Source: Verrucomicrobiales bacterium
Lineage (GTDB): Bacteria; Verrucomicrobiota; Verrucomicrobiia; Limisphaerales; UBA9464
Direction: 5' to 3'
DNA: 64,000 nt
Assembly: GCA_005801385.1 (NCBI GenBank)
Contig: SYEM01000120.1
Span: 1,779-65,778, forward strand
Shown: positions 20,901-28,176 of the stretch, in pieces
How the letters are laid out: each line of letters opens with the position of its first letter
Position numbering within the stretch: position 1 is the stretch's first letter
Position numbers and translations under genes: made by a program
Notes under the pieces: model-generated
What the model was told of the DNA's origin: nothing
The model's input: the letters and a program-made list of their open reading frames with translations, nothing else
The model's database searches: none

Positions 20901-23770
20901 CCGGAGGCACTCCACTTCCGAGCGACCAGATCAAGGTCGAGACCGATGCCCTCAACAACGCGCTCATCATCTCCGCCAGCAAGGAGAACCTCGAACTCGT
21001 CCGGGAACTCGTCGCCAAGGTCGACCAGGAACCCACCATTGCCGGAGGCGTGTTCGAGATGTTCACGCTCGAGTTCGCCGACGCCACCCGGGTGTCGACC
21101 CTCCTGAAGTCCCTCGTCGACCAGGGCCTCTATCGTCCGGGTCGCCCAGCCAATGCCGCGGCGAGGGCCGGCAATTCGAGCCGCGACGTCCTCTCCGTCA
21201 GCGTCGATCCCCGGTCCAACACGCTGATCGTCAGTGCGAGTCCCGAGAACCTCAGCATCGTCCGTGAGGTGGTGAAGCGTCTCGACACCAAGGATCTCGC
21301 CGCCAACGCGGACGTCCGCCTCTACCCGCTCAAGAACGCCCGCGCCAGCACCCTGGCGGCCACCCTCCAGCAGTTCTTCCAGGCCAAACGCACCGCCGAT
21401 GCCGTCGCGGTCAACGCCAACGAGCGGACCATCGCCACCACGGTCCTCGCCGACGATCGGATCAACTCCCTGATCGTCACCGGTGGGAAGGAGGCGTTCG
21501 ACCTCATGGATCGGATGCTCCCGCAGATGGACGGTGAAAGCGTTTTCTCGAAGCTGAACTTCCGGGTGTTCCCCCTGAAGAAGGCCACGGCCCTCAAGCT
21601 GCAGGCCACGCTCCAGCCGATCTTCGCGAATCGCCCGCCCAAGGTTCGGGGTGAGCCGGTTGACCCAATCACCATCATCGCCGACCAATGGATCAATGCC
21701 CTCCTCGTCGGTGCGACGGTCGAGGATCTCAGCACCGTTGCCGGCCTGATCGAGAAGCTCGACAGCGACCCCGCGGAGACCGGCATCGCCATCCACGTCT
21801 TCCCGCTCCAGAAGGCCGACGCCACGAAGGTAGTCGCCACGGTCCGGGGACTGTTCCGCGACAACCTCCCGAACCAGGTCGTTCCGATCACGGTCACTGC
21901 GGATGAGCGCATCAACGCGATCGTGGTGTCCTGCGGCGAGACCGATGCCCAGCGGATCGGTCAGCTGGTGCAGAAGCTGGATACCGACCAGGTGGCCAAG
22001 GTCAGTGAGATCAAGGTGTTCCCGCTCCAGTTTGCCAGGGCCGAGTCCCTGGCGGGTATCCTGAACACGGCGCTGAACACCAAACCCGCCCCGCTCAACG
22101 ACCAGGCGCCCAATGCGCAGTCCGTTCTCCAGTTCATCACCCGGACGACCGAGGGACAGGAGCTTGTCACGGCGGCGCTCAAGGAATCGGTGCTGATCAC
22201 ACCGGACCAGCGGATGAACTCCCTCGTCGTCTCCGGGCCAGTCGACTACATGGGGCTGATCGAGCAGATCATCCAGCGCATGGATGCCAGCTCACCCCAG
22301 CTGGCCAAGATCAAGGTCTTCGCCCTCCAGAATGCCGATGCCCGACAGATGGCGGAGGTGATCACCCAGATGTTCCGCATGACCCCGACGGCCGGGACCG
22401 GATCCACCCGATCGGTCCAGTATACTCTGGTACGGGGCAAGGCCGAGAACGGGACGCCTTCGGAGGAGCCGCTGGCCTCGGCGACGCTGGGGACAGCGGA
22501 GCAGACCGCCCTCACGGTGACGGTCGATCCCCGGACCAACAGCCTTCTGGTGGGTGGCACGGAGCACTACATGAACCTGGTGTCGCAGCTGATCGACACC
22601 CTCGACTCCAGTGCGGCCCATGAACGGGCGTCCGAAGTCATCCGGCTGAAGAACTCGCAGTCCCCGGAGATCGCGACTGCGATCCGCAACTTCCTCGACC
22701 AGGAACGCCAGAAGCTCATCCAGTCGCTGGGGGTCGATGCGGTCTCCGCCACGGCCCGTCTCTTTGACCAGGAAGTCGCGATCGTCGCCGAACCCACCAG
22801 CAACACGATCCTCCTCTCGGCGAATAACCGCTATTTCGAGCAGATCCGGTCGATGATCGACGAGCTGGACTCCGCGCAGCCCCAGGTGTTGATCCAGGTG
22901 CTGCTGGCCGAGGTGCGTCTCGACAACCAGACCGACCTCGGGTTCGAGTGGACCTACCGCGGCACGGCAGGAAGCAGCACCTACGGGATCGGGACGGATT
23001 TCTCGCCGGACATCGACATGGCCAAGATGAGCGGCCTCGTCGGCGGCATGCAGGGCGGGGACTTCTCCTTCCTCCTCCGGGCGCTCAAGACCCAGGGCAA
23101 GCTGCACGTCCTGAGCCGCCCCCAGATTGTCACGGCCGACAACAAGCCAGCCACCATCAACGTCGGCAAGAAGGTGCCCCTCGTGGAGCAGACCCGCCTG
23201 GACGCCCAGAACAATCTGACCACCCAATACCGCTACGAGGACGTCGGTGTGAACCTGACCGTCACACCGAAGATCAGCCGGGATGGCTTCGTGAAGATGG
23301 AGATCAGTACGACCAACAGCACGCTGTCGGCACAGATCATCGACATCAACAAGTCGGCCCAGGCCCCTGTGGTCGACCAGCGGAAGGCCAACACCACGGT
23401 GAGTGCCCAGAGCGGCCAGACCATCGTCATCGGGGGTCTCATCGACACCATCAACGAGACCAACATGCGGAAGGTGCCGGTCCTTGGGGACATTCCCTAC
23501 CTGGGCGTCCTCTTCCGGACCACTAGCACAAAGAAGGAGCGGAAGGAGCTGTTGATCCTCATGACCCCGATCGTCTTGGACAACTCCCAGGTCCCGGTGA
23601 AGCTGACCGATCCGGATCGGGTGCTCCGGGACAACCTGGACAACGCGGACATCAAGCAGATCATGCGGGAGGGCGACATGCAGCGCCGCATCCTGGAGCC
23701 GTATTATCGGACCAATCGCCCCTCCTGGCGGGAGAACCAGATCAGGACCAACCCGGCACCGGCGCTATGA
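11957..23770 (+). CDS. gspD: giant secretin (GspD family), 3,937 aa: signal peptide + N0 + ~43 tandem N1-type Secretin_N domains + secretin core + C-terminal tail
   Basis: ATG 11957 gives the signal peptide MIRPFLLGAVLSTAPHLLAQD. N0 lies at ~12108-12330 (IRFQFDGIPYTDVIERFAQMAGKPLL...LRVVPF). The array at ~12407-22870 repeats the unit '[VI]R[VI]xxLKxAxAxxLxxxLxxL...D.R[ST]N.L[IV]V.[AG]....(L)..[IV]..L[IV]..LD'. The secretin core lies at ~22883-23580 (QVLIQVLLAEVRLDN, LSRPQIVTADNKPATINVG, VGVNLTVTPKIS, VPVLGDIPYLGVLFR, ELLILMTPIVL). Confidence 0.9.
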   Translation: MIRPFLLGAVLSTAPHLLAQDAAKSNAPSAGPEVVVRGNAPSAPVAAAPRNIRFQFDGIPYTDVIERFAQMAGKPLLSDTNVVGTLTYDDPNAYTYTEALDTLNLMLAMKGVMLLEDGNNLRVVPFKNLQAMPLRILRGTEPATDIRPNEVVTVVLDSKNLDSKEITESILPMLSQAGSVAPLGRGRGLIVTDRLANIQRVKSLLATIGSEQAAERQMRSYTLLNASGAIVSDLLNRTFGVSTAPKRTSYNPNTKAMEVLPADPNDYITSVYDEASRTLVLFGPTERLELAEELINKFEQKDGAAGDVRIYNPQTIKSEELAAMIRQAIPGVAAPGETGSAAATKARVIADNAQNRLIVAAPLPGQLDQIEQLITRVDKGLVGAEGLARDNTPVPNKAQAVQLTRIFRPRATEATNVSTILRQALTRKEKTGQVVTTASVTFDPGSQSVVVTGTPTDLQTAADIVSQLETGTSQPTQLITRFIEVGSPEEARRIQPLVEQLYKNQTADGSTSTVAHAKILSDTQTGRLIVTASADHLRRIEDLVTQLQADKPQVKARDLRVIPLKNSRTEIALPQIQSLVNERMADRRFSSLPKPSIVADAANNRLLVTATADQLKEIDAVIDIVDTQPAQAERELAVLPLQAKPAAEVLPLVTQLLGQLSTQGSPTPTVMADPTGKQLIVLATSKDQDRIRTLVKQFDVSPATAAPRQFKGVELYGRTATEFTPLVQQLYQEQLRGQPEPAGGAATLLSETKNNRIMVSGSDREIARVESIIRQLDPAERKSDRDETRVIRLRSASAADLAGLVDKSLNAQSQQVKVLTDTRSNSLVVTGSASAVEAAAKMIQQLDSRPESGPREMRVIELKSADARALETTVATLFGDLMKDQRGANYVATAKITADPVSNRLIATGDAADLEIIAGIVNRLDNSPQQAPGARVFKLNQADAVVMAPIVASAMTRFDQRGQPVKRVSITADEKSNSLIVSGSRTDLQDVESVIEKLDGGESSQAPRTLKILEVKGDPDALAALINKSFAAQNPGRNIAGLFTLTPDPSNKRLIVFASPTMLAQVESLVATLDARPDQGTRELHPVALKNATPSELLPRVQQIYAEQSHGKTLKPATLYPDAAGNRILVQGTSEQAEAVRQITSTLESEPKPSRESKVFDLGKLSEAQRLMPLIQQLYRDQLSSTPQLGSPDAQIVSDGKTGRLLVSARADQLPILEGIVQRLQSTATTGTSARETRTVEVGSSTEASRLVPLIQQLYQDRWKDRLDTDPADAQILADPRNGRLILTGKPEHLTQIEAIIQQLGPIKTGAGTRQTRIIDLTTASAVELASTVRTLYLEEAKGRLGNQPPDTVLTPDPGGNRLIVVGDTNELAAVERLVAQLDKVSSQSASARVFKIKSADPEKVAEILNTSLVRYDAYGRAQKRSTVSVDPKTRTLIVTGDPKELQGVSVIIEQLDQSLGSQPERKTRVVTLKQGKAATLSPKIRQLYADRIKSLPELGTSDILILEEPESNQLIIAGNDAQLQVVTQIVDEVQSAQVQRAARETQMVSVGTVDELNRLQPLVQQLYNDRFRGRDASDPADASIIADGKNARFILTGRTNQLREIENIIAKLRGGAPESVTRDTRIIDLTSANAVELVPTLRTLYQEQVKNRPGSFAADTLITPDVNGNRLILTGATNELALLEDLIQKLDKVGAQSASTRVFKVKSADPDKVVEILGTALVRYDAYGRPQKRVSVVTDSKTRTIIATGDPKELQSASVIIEQLDSSLGASAGRTMRVLPVKERRAGELLPKVRQLYQDQARNNPEFGTTEPLLIEDSASNQIIVAGNERQLGTLEEIVGVLQNVASVQGARQVKVFNLERTTANTLVTMISQVYARQLTNAEPTERVVVGAGGNERTLVVEAPAATLTRIEELVKNLDQDGPEGQNVIQTVKLKRGRADDLADAVNRVMTNRALPGMIRRVSVTSVAGANSLLLNGPTNAVQEVLRIVEELDQDGPGSGDIEVRIYKLENGNAREVSTVIQQLLQSVSRNLYRRSGGGEGDGGRRNASVSVSIDERSNSLIISATESHFRMVDKVLPTLDKAPERSDRDVQFVWLKKAKAFDLAMKLESLFEDRPRADRPVIEPDSASNSLTIIAKRGDIPQIQDLVSRLDDQGRDSAVLVRVRPLERVTADQMATMLQNIYPQVSGTPLRVTDKVEPPKNADPSTQTTSPEVVIAVDKPANALILSGPAQELDAVERLIGELSLNFYGNEAEFRVFAIKDADPVVVARTLQELLKMDPVQIEDARGQPKIITPQNKITVVAEPRTRSLIVRARPTDFALMESLIKQLDTAGQVAQLEFKVVPLTHAAPEKILPLVQQMVTQLTASRPGDPVTVAVDSRGRGMLVIARGITAAQVEKLIQSLDKPTANVEAEVEIVSLKKANAGQLAAVLQGMLRPGAAGDSSPEARELQEHIRRLKVRNARGDTVLLDLSKPIRIATDPVAGTGGGNRIILTSTTDNLRALKAVVEQMDSVAVLEGVKVRFIQLENADAAAVSQTLNNVFSQAKNLAIGPGGPGGQPADQGKALVQPLNVAIDARSNTLILSGHPESLDLAQKIVADMDKEVFLYTTDVRLFRLKHASAARLLPLLQSVFTEGTAVPGTEGLSTQITRLRTLRDGTKAQSNQTPKNRPALTIQADDQANILVVAARSDNLPLIADIIEQLDIPAASGLETVRVYPLEHSDPAAVQKVLSDLFTGPRSTTLRNEDRPVITVDARTGSLIVAGNSKAFAIIEGLLKSLDQKLPFDLRDIALIPLEHADANVVAPTLQKLMDARVTQRASLNQGQAEALKVIIMADQRSNALLVGGAREGFELVQTLAKQLDQAAPALSGRVRLIPLEFADARVVASTLATLFEQRYAAIRTADMQRNKPIILADTRSNSLLVAASQEDNRTLDDLLKRLDAKQDNPALTLTVIPMRFNDSARVATMLESLFAARQKAQLLPGGTPLPSDQIKVETDALNNALIISASKENLELVRELVAKVDQEPTIAGGVFEMFTLEFADATRVSTLLKSLVDQGLYRPGRPANAAARAGNSSRDVLSVSVDPRSNTLIVSASPENLSIVREVVKRLDTKDLAANADVRLYPLKNARASTLAATLQQFFQAKRTADAVAVNANERTIATTVLADDRINSLIVTGGKEAFDLMDRMLPQMDGESVFSKLNFRVFPLKKATALKLQATLQPIFANRPPKVRGEPVDPITIIADQWINALLVGATVEDLSTVAGLIEKLDSDPAETGIAIHVFPLQKADATKVVATVRGLFRDNLPNQVVPITVTADERINAIVVSCGETDAQRIGQLVQKLDTDQVAKVSEIKVFPLQFARAESLAGILNTALNTKPAPLNDQAPNAQSVLQFITRTTEGQELVTAALKESVLITPDQRMNSLVVSGPVDYMGLIEQIIQRMDASSPQLAKIKVFALQNADARQMAEVITQMFRMTPTAGTGSTRSVQYTLVRGKAENGTPSEEPLASATLGTAEQTALTVTVDPRTNSLLVGGTEHYMNLVSQLIDTLDSSAAHERASEVIRLKNSQSPEIATAIRNFLDQERQKLIQSLGVDAVSATARLFDQEVAIVAEPTSNTILLSANNRYFEQIRSMIDELDSAQPQVLIQVLLAEVRLDNQTDLGFEWTYRGTAGSSTYGIGTDFSPDIDMAKMSGLVGGMQGGDFSFLLRALKTQGKLHVLSRPQIVTADNKPATINVGKKVPLVEQTRLDAQNNLTTQYRYEDVGVNLTVTPKISRDGFVKMEISTTNSTLSAQIIDINKSAQAPVVDQRKANTTVSAQSGQTIVIGGLIDTINETNMRKVPVLGDIPYLGVLFRTTSTKKERKELLILMTPIVLDNSQVPVKLTDPDRVLRDNLDNADIKQIMREGDMQRRILEPYYRTNRPSWRENQIRTNPAPAL
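15662..17510 (+). repeat. intragenic tandem duplication of a ~924-nt (4 N-domain) block inside the secretin gene
   Basis: Block A (~15662-16585) and block B (~16586-17510) align colinearly at protein and DNA level. Examples: TRIIDLTTASAVELASTVRTLY / TRIIDLTSANAVELVPTLRTLY; ARVFKIKSADPEKVAEILNTSLVRYDAYGRAQKR / TRVFKVKSADPDKVVEILGTALVRYDAYGRPQKR; GDPKELQGVSVIIEQLD / GDPKELQSASVIIEQLD. Confidence 0.75.
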
Positions 23771-24258
23771 GGGAACGCAGGCGGCGGACAGTGATTTGGA
23801 TCGTGGTCCTGTCGGGACTGGCCGTGCTGACCGGATGTGCTGGCCTCTCGACCGGTGGACGATTGACCGAGCTGCATCTCTTTGGCGTGCCGGTGGCGCT
23901 GAATCTGGGGTCGAAATCCGGACCCGACGGCATCGGGCTTCGTCTCTATGCCAGCACGGCCGACGTGGCCAAGGGGATCCCGATCCGGGACGGTGTCCTG
24001 GAAATCCTGATGTTCGACGGAACCGTCGGGGAGGCCTATGCGCGGTCGGAGAAACCACTCAAGACGTGGTCGTTCACGGCCAGTCAGCTGGGAGCCTTCG
24101 CCGGGACATCGTCCCTCGGTGTCGGCTATCAGTTCCCTCTCCGCTGGGGAGCGGATGTGCCCCGTCAGCCGGTCGTGACGGTGATCGCCCGCCGTGTGGC
24201 GCCGAACAAATCGGTGACGTGGTCTACGGCCACGACGATCTCGATTGTCACCCGGTAA
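23767..24258 (+). CDS. small lipoprotein, translationally coupled to the secretin (candidate pilotin)
   Basis: ATGA overlap with the secretin stop. The N-terminus MRERRRRTVIWIVVLSGLAVLTG|C carries a lipobox (LTGC). 163 aa, with no recognisable family. Confidence 0.6.
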   Translation: MRERRRRTVIWIVVLSGLAVLTGCAGLSTGGRLTELHLFGVPVALNLGSKSGPDGIGLRLYASTADVAKGIPIRDGVLEILMFDGTVGEAYARSEKPLKTWSFTASQLGAFAGTSSLGVGYQFPLRWGADVPRQPVVTVIARRVAPNKSVTWSTATTISIVTR

Positions 24259-24280
24259 GGGGGCATCCGGTCGTCGCCCC

Positions 24281-25045
<765 letters not shown>

Positions 25046-25193
25046 GGGTTTGAGGACCGGATCTAAAAGGGAGCAACACAAAGCGTTTCATCGGGTGGGC
25101 GGACGGCCAAGTGAGGATTTTTCGGGTGATCGAATAACCAGCGCCCGTTCTTTGCCCTTGTTGGACAGGAAAGCCGTCCTAACCTTGCGTGCG

Positions 25194-25649
25194 ATGGAGC
25201 CCATCATTTTCCTGTTGGTGGCTGGTGCCGTCCTTCTGCTGGTGGAGCCGATCCTCCCCCACCTGGTTTCCGGATCAGTTGGGCTCGTGTTCTGGGCCAT
25301 CGCCGTGGTCCTCATCTATGGACGCTACGGGTCCAGCGTTGGACACCTGAGTCTCGCCGTCCTGCTATCCGTGGCGCTGGTCGGATCATGGTGGTACCTC
25401 AGGAAACTCCCCGAGACCCGGTTTGGTCGCAGCGTCCGATCCGATCGCGTGATCCCTCCCGAGACCGCTGCCAAGACCCATCTGGTGGGCGTCGATGGTG
25501 TCGCTCTGACTCCGCTGCGTCCGGGTGGACTTGCCCAGTTCGGGGCTGAACGGGTCGACGTCGTGACCTCGGGGGAACCCCTCGACAAGGGGGAACGGAT
25601 CCGGGTCCTGAGCGTCGATGGCCCGCGTGTCCTGGTCCGATCCGCCTGA
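25194..25649 (+). CDS. NfeD-family membrane protein
   Basis: Three N-terminal TM segments plus a C-terminal OB-like domain ([45 protein letters not shown]). Lies immediately upstream of floA, the classical pairing. Confidence 0.75.
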   Translation: MEPIIFLLVAGAVLLLVEPILPHLVSGSVGLVFWAIAVVLIYGRYGSSVGHLSLAVLLSVALVGSWWYLRKLPETRFGRSVRSDRVIPPETAAKTHLVGVDGVALTPLRPGGLAQFGAERVDVVTSGEPLDKGERIRVLSVDGPRVLVRSA

Positions 25650-25689
25650 ACCTCCTTCCCGTCTTCACCCCGCCCACAATTCCCCATCC

Positions 25690-26718
25690 ATGCACAGCCT
25701 GCTTGCTGCCCAGCTCGATATCGGTTCCGTCGTCATCGTCGCCATCCTCGGTGTCGCCGGACTTTCGTTCCTGTTCCTCATGGCCAGCTTCGGATCCATC
25801 TGGCTCCGGGCTATGGCCTCTGGAGCGCCCGTTGGCCTCGTCGAACTGATAGCCCTCCGACTCCGTGGCATACCGGTCGGGTTCATTGTCGACAACCGGA
25901 TCACCGCCGTGAAATCGGGCCTGCCCCTCACCATCGACGATCTGTCCACCCACTTCCTCGCGGGTGGCAACGTCGACATGATTGTCCAGGCACTCATCGC
26001 AGCCCAACGGGCGGGCATCCATCTCGATTTTAACCGCGCCTGCGCGATCGACCTCGCCACCAAGGGCACCGGCAAGAATGTCGTCGACGCAGTGAAGACC
26101 TCGGTCAATCCGCGGGTGATCGACTGTCCGAATCCCGCCTCCGGCAAGGTCACGATCGACGCGGTGGCGAAGGACGGCATCGTCATCAAGGCCCGGGCCC
26201 GCGTTACCGTTCGTACCAACCTTGACCGCTTCGTCGGCGGCGCCACCGAGGAAACCATCATCGCGCGGGTCGGCGAAGGCATCGTGTCGACGATCGGATC
26301 GGTTGAGACTTATAAGCAAGTGCTCGAGAACCCAGACCGCATCTCGAAGACGGTTCTTGAAAAGGGTCTCGATGCGAATACCGCCTTTGAAATCCTCTCG
26401 ATCGACATCGCGGACGTGGACATCGGCGAAAACGTGGGCGCGAAGCTGCAGGCGGAGCAGGCCGAGGCGAACAAGCTCAAGGCGCAGGCCGAGGCGGAGG
26501 TCCGCCGGGCCAACGCCGTGGCCCTTGAGCAGGAGATGATCGCCAAGGTGGCCGACATGCGGGCCCGGGTTGTCGAGGCGGAGGCGCAGGTGCCGCTGGC
26601 GCTGTCCGAGGCGTTCCGCACCGGGAATCTCGGGGTCATGGACTACTATCGGATGAAGAATCTCCAGGCGGACACCTCGATGCGGGAGAACATCGCAGGC
26701 ACCCCGGACTCGAAGTGA
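25690..26718 (+). CDS. floA: flotillin-like protein FloA (UPF0365/YqfA family)
   Basis: Strong match to the FloA pattern: [104 protein letters not shown]. Confidence 0.85.
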   Translation: MHSLLAAQLDIGSVVIVAILGVAGLSFLFLMASFGSIWLRAMASGAPVGLVELIALRLRGIPVGFIVDNRITAVKSGLPLTIDDLSTHFLAGGNVDMIVQALIAAQRAGIHLDFNRACAIDLATKGTGKNVVDAVKTSVNPRVIDCPNPASGKVTIDAVAKDGIVIKARARVTVRTNLDRFVGGATEETIIARVGEGIVSTIGSVETYKQVLENPDRISKTVLEKGLDANTAFEILSIDIADVDIGENVGAKLQAEQAEANKLKAQAEAEVRRANAVALEQEMIAKVADMRARVVEAEAQVPLALSEAFRTGNLGVMDYYRMKNLQADTSMRENIAGTPDSK

Positions 26719-26738
26719 GGGGCATCGGGGATCCAGCC

Positions 26739-27476
26739 ATGCACCTTCTCCTGGCCGATTCCTGGGATTCGCTGATTCCGGTGGCTGTCGTCGCCATCGG
26801 CGTGCTCTTTTCCCTGATCCAACGCGCCTTCCAGCGAAGCCGTCGGTCCGACCGATCCGAGCCGGGTGGATGGGAGCAGAGCCCCGAGGTTCTCGAGGAA
26901 GGGTCCGAGGTGGAGTCCGGTGGACGGGTACTCCGGCGCTATGTGCGACCTGGAGGGTCGACCTTGGCTCCCCCACCGTTGCCAACCGCGTCCAGTCCCT
27001 GGGAACAGGAGCTGGAACGAATCCTCCAACGGCGCGCTTCCCAGGCCGCGCAACCCTCGCCCCCAGTGCTGCCGACAGCCGAGACGGTTACGATGCCGGA
27101 ACATGGTCCCTCTTGGGAAACCGTCCGGAACACGCTGGAGCATCCCATCGATCCTGTAACCTCGGTCGAGGATTTGTCCGCCCGTGACCTTGAGTCGGCT
27201 CCGGCGGCCTCCATGCCGCTCAGTACGGCGGTGGAGTCCGGGGAACGGAGGGTGTCGACTGTTGATCTCGAGGAACGCGTCCGCCGGATGATGGAGCGGG
27301 TCGGCGGGCAGCTGCGACACGTGATCCCGGTTACCGCAACGGCGGCGACCTCCTCGAAGGGCAAGTCATCCCGGGTCCACGAGGCATGGACTGGCAGTCT
27401 GAGGAGCCCCGTGACAGCCCGGCAGGCCATGCTGGCAAGCCTCGTCCTAGGGCGTCCGAAAAGTCTGGAGGCCTGA
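26739..27476 (+). CDS. hypothetical membrane-anchored Pro/Ser-rich protein
   Basis: N-terminal TM (LIPVAVVAIGVLFSLI), with the rest low complexity. A GTG at 26715 would give a GTGA overlap with floA. No family recognised. Confidence 0.35.
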   Translation: MHLLLADSWDSLIPVAVVAIGVLFSLIQRAFQRSRRSDRSEPGGWEQSPEVLEEGSEVESGGRVLRRYVRPGGSTLAPPPLPTASSPWEQELERILQRRASQAAQPSPPVLPTAETVTMPEHGPSWETVRNTLEHPIDPVTSVEDLSARDLESAPAASMPLSTAVESGERRVSTVDLEERVRRMMERVGGQLRHVIPVTATAATSSKGKSSRVHEAWTGSLRSPVTARQAMLASLVLGRPKSLEA

Positions 27477-27536
27477 TCCGGATGCCGACCTGGGGTTGTC
27501 GGCTCCAGCAGGGTGGAGGGAGAGCTGGGGCTGGGC

Positions 27537-27992
27537 CTACATGCCCATGCGCATCAGTTCCTGCTCGAGAGCCATCTGGAACTCCTGGCCATCGGCGGCA
27601 CTGGGGCGATAGCCCTTAGTCTCGGGCATCAGACCGAGACGACCCGTGGTGTCGAGCAGCCAGGTGGCCTTCTGGCCATCGCTGAACGTGACCTTTCCGC
27701 TGACCATGGCACCGGGACGGGTGACGGCGTCGACGGTCACCTTAACCCCACCGGGGGGCGCAGGTTCGGTCGGCTCGAGTGGCGATGGGGCTGGGGTTTC
27801 CGGGACCGGAGCCGCCTTGGGCGGTTCGGGGTCCTTGGGCATCACTTGAAGATCGGTGACCAGCATCCGGACATCCATGTAGGTCAGGCGGATCCCGAAA
27901 TCCGTCTCCAGCCGGCGCTGGAACTCGGACAATTTCATCCCATCGGCAAGCCACTGACGGGCGACCTGCTGCTGTTCGGTGGTCAACTGCAT
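27537..27992 (-). CDS. hypothetical protein
   Basis: ORF with coding-like composition. ATG at 27992 (MQLTTEQQQVARQWLADG...) is preferred over 28127. A central Pro-rich linker joins two small domains. No family recognised. Confidence 0.4.
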   Translation of the reverse strand: MQLTTEQQQVARQWLADGMKLSEFQRRLETDFGIRLTYMDVRMLVTDLQVMPKDPEPPKAAPVPETPAPSPLEPTEPAPPGGVKVTVDAVTRPGAMVSGKVTFSDGQKATWLLDTTGRLGLMPETKGYRPSAADGQEFQMALEQELMRMGM

Positions 27993-28176
27993 AAAGGGGA
28001 GACTAGGAATCCTGGGCGGTGCGGGCAAGACGCCAGAGACGTCGTGTCCGCAATCCATCCCTAGGGATCGGGAGTATTCCGATAGGGATTGTTGCCCTGG
28101 GCGGAATAGCGCTTTTGGCCCGTCCATCGAGAGATGTTTCGATCAATCCTCAGCCTCCCTGACCGACCCTCATTCT

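Noticed and set aside
11522-23227. Series of long minus-strand ORFs (11522-13564, 13925-15502, 16763-19318, 19667-21796, 22292-23227) opposite the secretin gene
   Set aside because: They are antisense shadows of the secretin ORF. Their translations are Gly/Asp/Arg/Leu/Val-rich with no motifs, and they break at irregular points. The plus-strand frame is continuous for 11.8 kb with clear domain signatures.
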